A stretch of DNA of 58,096 bases, counting the filler, from Ionaspis alba (Eukaryota): the NCBI GenBank assembly GCA_964255285.1. It is 4 parts of 4 records of this genome, joined end to end, with 100 filler letters (N's around TTAATTAATTAA, not from the genome) between each part and the next. Parts side by side here need not be neighbours in the genome. Positions count along the whole stretch, not along the records: positions 43,695 to 58,096 come from CAXUUL010000421.1; 3 more parts are not named here. One strand, written 5' to 3'. This document shows positions 54,874 to 58,096 of the stretch, one piece after another. Below the pieces are notes generated by a model, which saw nothing but the letters and a program-made list of their open reading frames with translations, made no database searches and was not told where the DNA came from. Position 1 is the first letter of the stretch, and every line of letters begins with the position of its first letter. A program made the translations under genes and the position numbers.

Positions 54874-57800
54874 TCATAATACAAGCCACTTCTCAGTCAC
54901 CTCACGTGCCAGTCCAATCTCTCCATTGGCTGCCCAGATGACCTGCAGTGCATAGGCAGCTTCTGTTGCAAAATCCTCTTTGAAACTACCATCATCCAGG
55001 CTCTGCACCTCCTCGCTTAGCTCTAGACACCTCTCGTAGTAAGGAATAGCCAAGTGCGTGAGACCTAGTAAGTGGTAGGTTCGGCCAACATTGAATTCAG
55101 CCTCCTGTTTTTCAGAAGGTACATTTGAGTCTCGACGACAATCGTAGTAAGCAGACAAGAATGAAAATCCTTGGATAAGAAGGTGATGTCTGTTGTCTGA
55201 TTGCCGCTTGATGGCGTAATGGACATATCCTAGCGCCAGCGATAACGTGATCATTGGGTTGGTTGGGTCTAAAGCGTAGGCACGATAGAAGTAATCTATG
55301 GATGTAGGTATCAGCATTTCTCATGTGCAGCTGAAGCAGGTTTGGTGATTGAGGAGCATACTTAGAGCATACGAATAGCTCGTGCCGGTGTACAAGATAT
55401 GCCCATAGAGCATGAGCAATGCCACATCCATTTCTTTGGCACGAATAGGGTTACCATCTTTATCCTTCATTGTGTACGAAGCTTTCTCTTGGAATATCGT
55501 CTTTCGGCGATCCTCTCCAACAAGAGCAAAGTCCATGGCTTTGACCTGACGCAGGATGTATTTCTGCGAAGGTCCACTGTTGTACCATACATGAGGTCTA
55601 TTACAGAGCCTGTTGAGGGTGGAGAATAGCCGATAGCTATCCGTGACAAATTGATATTCTTTCATGAAGTAGCGAGAAATGTTGCAAAGCGTCTCGTCGT
55701 CGTTGGCAAGCAAAGCACACACTGATATGATTATTAGTGATCTTCTTTCTAGTGCTGAGGCATCTGAGGCTTACTTGACCAAGCAATGTGGATCTGAAAC
55801 CTGGATGGCGGCGAATGATAGTAAACGTTCGCATCAAACGCTGTTGAGACGATGCCATAGGCAGCTTGAATATCGCCATCTTTGGCAAGGGTGATTGCGT
55901 ATTCGAGGAACAAGTCCAACCATTTGTCGAGGGTTATTCCACAATATTCTTCCGTGACAGTCAAATCAGCGTCATCGTCTTCTAATGCTGGGAATCAGCT
56001 ACTTGTCCAATTTGGTCCGGATTGAATGAGTGTTATACCTAATGATACCTGTAACCTCTTTGCCATCAACTCAACCTCGTCGACGGCTTCATCGACTTTG
56101 CCCTTTCTACCTTGATTCACCACCGTCTTGCTAACATATCTTATGGACTTATCCAGCGGGAAGAATGCTTTCTTCTTCTTGAAACTCTCGATCAGTAAGC
56201 TCGCGATGCCTTTCCATTCGCTCGTGACATAATCTTCTCCAGCTTGCATTTGTTCTCTCAACTCGACAGCTTGCAGAAAGAGCAAATGAATCTGCTCCTG
56301 ATTCTCCTCTTCTCGAACTCGTTTGTTTGAAATAGGTCTGCTAATTGACTTCCGTGGTGGAGCCGGCTCTAGCATGTTAGGTAGCGGACCGTCTTCAAGT
56401 TCTTCAGAGACTCTTCTAGGAGCTTGAATAGTGGGTCGAGTATGCAGATCTTTCTGCTTGCCGGAACATCTAAGTTGTTGTCTGATAGACCCAATCTTGC
56501 TGACATAGGGTCTAGCTCTTTCCAGCATTCCGGCGCTCTCGAACATCTTGGCCATTTTCGTGTATACTTCAATATTTTCGGGCTCGTTCTCCACTACAAC
56601 TCGGTAGCAGTCTTCAGCCTCGTCGTACAATTCCAGCGCCTGATAACAAGTGCCCATGGCGTCAAAACAAGAAGTGTCTGCATATTCGGCCACTTGCTGT
56701 AGTGGCTCATAGAAACGTAAAGCCTCGTGATAGTAACCTTGCACGCGTAGAGCATCTGCCACTTCTCGGAACAGATCAGGATAGTCGAAGAGCTTGCCTG
56801 CTGGCCCTTCAATCTCCGGCTGCAGCCAGTCGAAATGTAACTATTGACATGATTAGATGGCTTTCAAGCATCAACAAAGTATACATACCATTGCCTCTTC
56901 AAAGTGATCATATCCTAGTTTTAGACGAAACAGACCTAATTTCACTCGCAATTCAAGAGGCAAACCATCCCCATAAGCCGATAAATCATACGTCCCAGGG
57001 CTGTAGACTTGTATTTCGTTGCGGCGTGGTTCATCATCCACATCAAACTCCCTATCGTCTTCTGCAAAGGAGCTCCAGAAATATTCATCACCACGGCCCA
57101 ACAACCATCGAGAAACGTCCTTCACCCTCGATAGGCCCAATCCATAGTCGTGCGAGTAGAGGAAAAGCTCCGCGTAAACGTTAGCATCCGACCAACTGAA
57201 GGCTGTCACATTATGAGGCTGTTCCGTTCGATAGTGTGCGATTGTTTTTTCATAATACTCTATAGCTTTCGAGCTATCCTCGGTGTCGATGTAGATCTCT
57301 GCCAGGTGACGTAAAACTATGGTATCGTGAGGAAGCTGCTTTAGCAAACGGGTGTAATCTGACAGGGCCTGTTTCTTGTTTCCGATCTCTCGATGTAAAG
57401 TTGCTCTTTGGTAACGAGCCTCAACATGACTTGAGTCAGCGTCGATGACACGATTGTAGCAGTAAATAGCGTCCGGTATTGCAGAAGCTCTATCACCTCC
57501 GGCTCGCTCCATAATCAATTCTGCAACTTTGCTCCATACTTGTGTATCTCGGGGCCGAGTGTGAGCTCCATGGAACAGTGCAGTTGTCGCTCGATCTTTA
57601 TCTCCCTGAGCCAAGCGAATCTCTGACAGCAGAGAGTGGGCAGTAAAGATTTCTGGATTATTGTGAATGGCCTGTGTTGCAAGTTCAGCTGCTCTTTCGT
57701 AGTCCTGGTCAATGAACGCCATTGTAGCCTGAGAGTGAATGGCCTTGAAATCCGCACTCGGCTCGAGAGGTTTGCGATTACCTCTTTTGGTCCCTTTTCC

Positions 57801-58096
57801 TCCACGTTGCTTGGGGGGTCGACCTCGCCCTCGACCACGACGTGGAGACGTGCCCGGATCACCCTGGAGAATGCTGCGAATTCCACGACCACGACCACGG
57901 CCTCTGCCGCGGCCACGGCCACCACGGCCTCGCTTACCCCTTATCGATGAACTTGGAGTATCCACTGACCGAGGTTCTGAATCGGCGTCCGATAGTATCT
58001 CGTCACTCCTATGGCAATATGAATTCCAAATATCCACCCATACTCTAGATGCACTTACATAGCGTCGTCATCCCGATATTGAAAGTCGGGATCTTC
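54874..58096 (-). CDS. TFC4: TFIIIC subunit Tfc4/Sfc4 (TPR protein); 5' partial
   Basis: Acidic and RG-rich N-terminus, TPR arrays, LPLELRVKLG, YFYRAYALDP..YVHYAIKRQSDNRH..QEAEFNVGRTYHLLGLTHLA..EKWLVL*. Confidence 0.9.

Overview
Eukaryotic DNA from a filamentous ascomycete (Pezizomycotina-type genes, short GT-AG introns with CTRAY branch points). The window is not one locus. It is four scaffolds of decreasing length (14497, 14479, 14418 and 14402 bp) joined by artificial 100-nt N44-TTAATTAATTAA-N44 linkers, plus two ordinary 100-N gaps, so gene neighbourhoods across the linkers carry no meaning. Scaffold 1: a secreted protein with an LPMO-like His-brace signature, a metallo-beta-lactamase-fold hydrolase, nicotinamidase, a small GQWSAxKA-motif protein, an F-box/zinc-finger protein and HMG-CoA reductase. 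Scaffold 2: a secreted alkaline-phosphatase-superfamily enzyme, a MARVEL protein, O-acetylhomoserine sulfhydrylase, a peroxisomal acyl-CoA synthetase and a DIM-9/Raf1-like WD40 protein. Scaffold 3: an ankyrin-SPRY protein (frameshifted), a conserved hypothetical protein, Sla1, pirin, mitochondrial bL21 and a CorA-like protein with a triplicated membrane module (frameshifted). Scaffold 4: O-GlcNAc transferase (with a uORF overlapping its start), Rpl12, Sec23 and TFIIIC Tfc4. I found no tRNA, rRNA, transposon or CRISPR. The best novelty candidate is the LPMO-like gene at 1-1092, whose main exon is missing from the supplied ORF track. All family calls come from recalled motifs; no database search was run.
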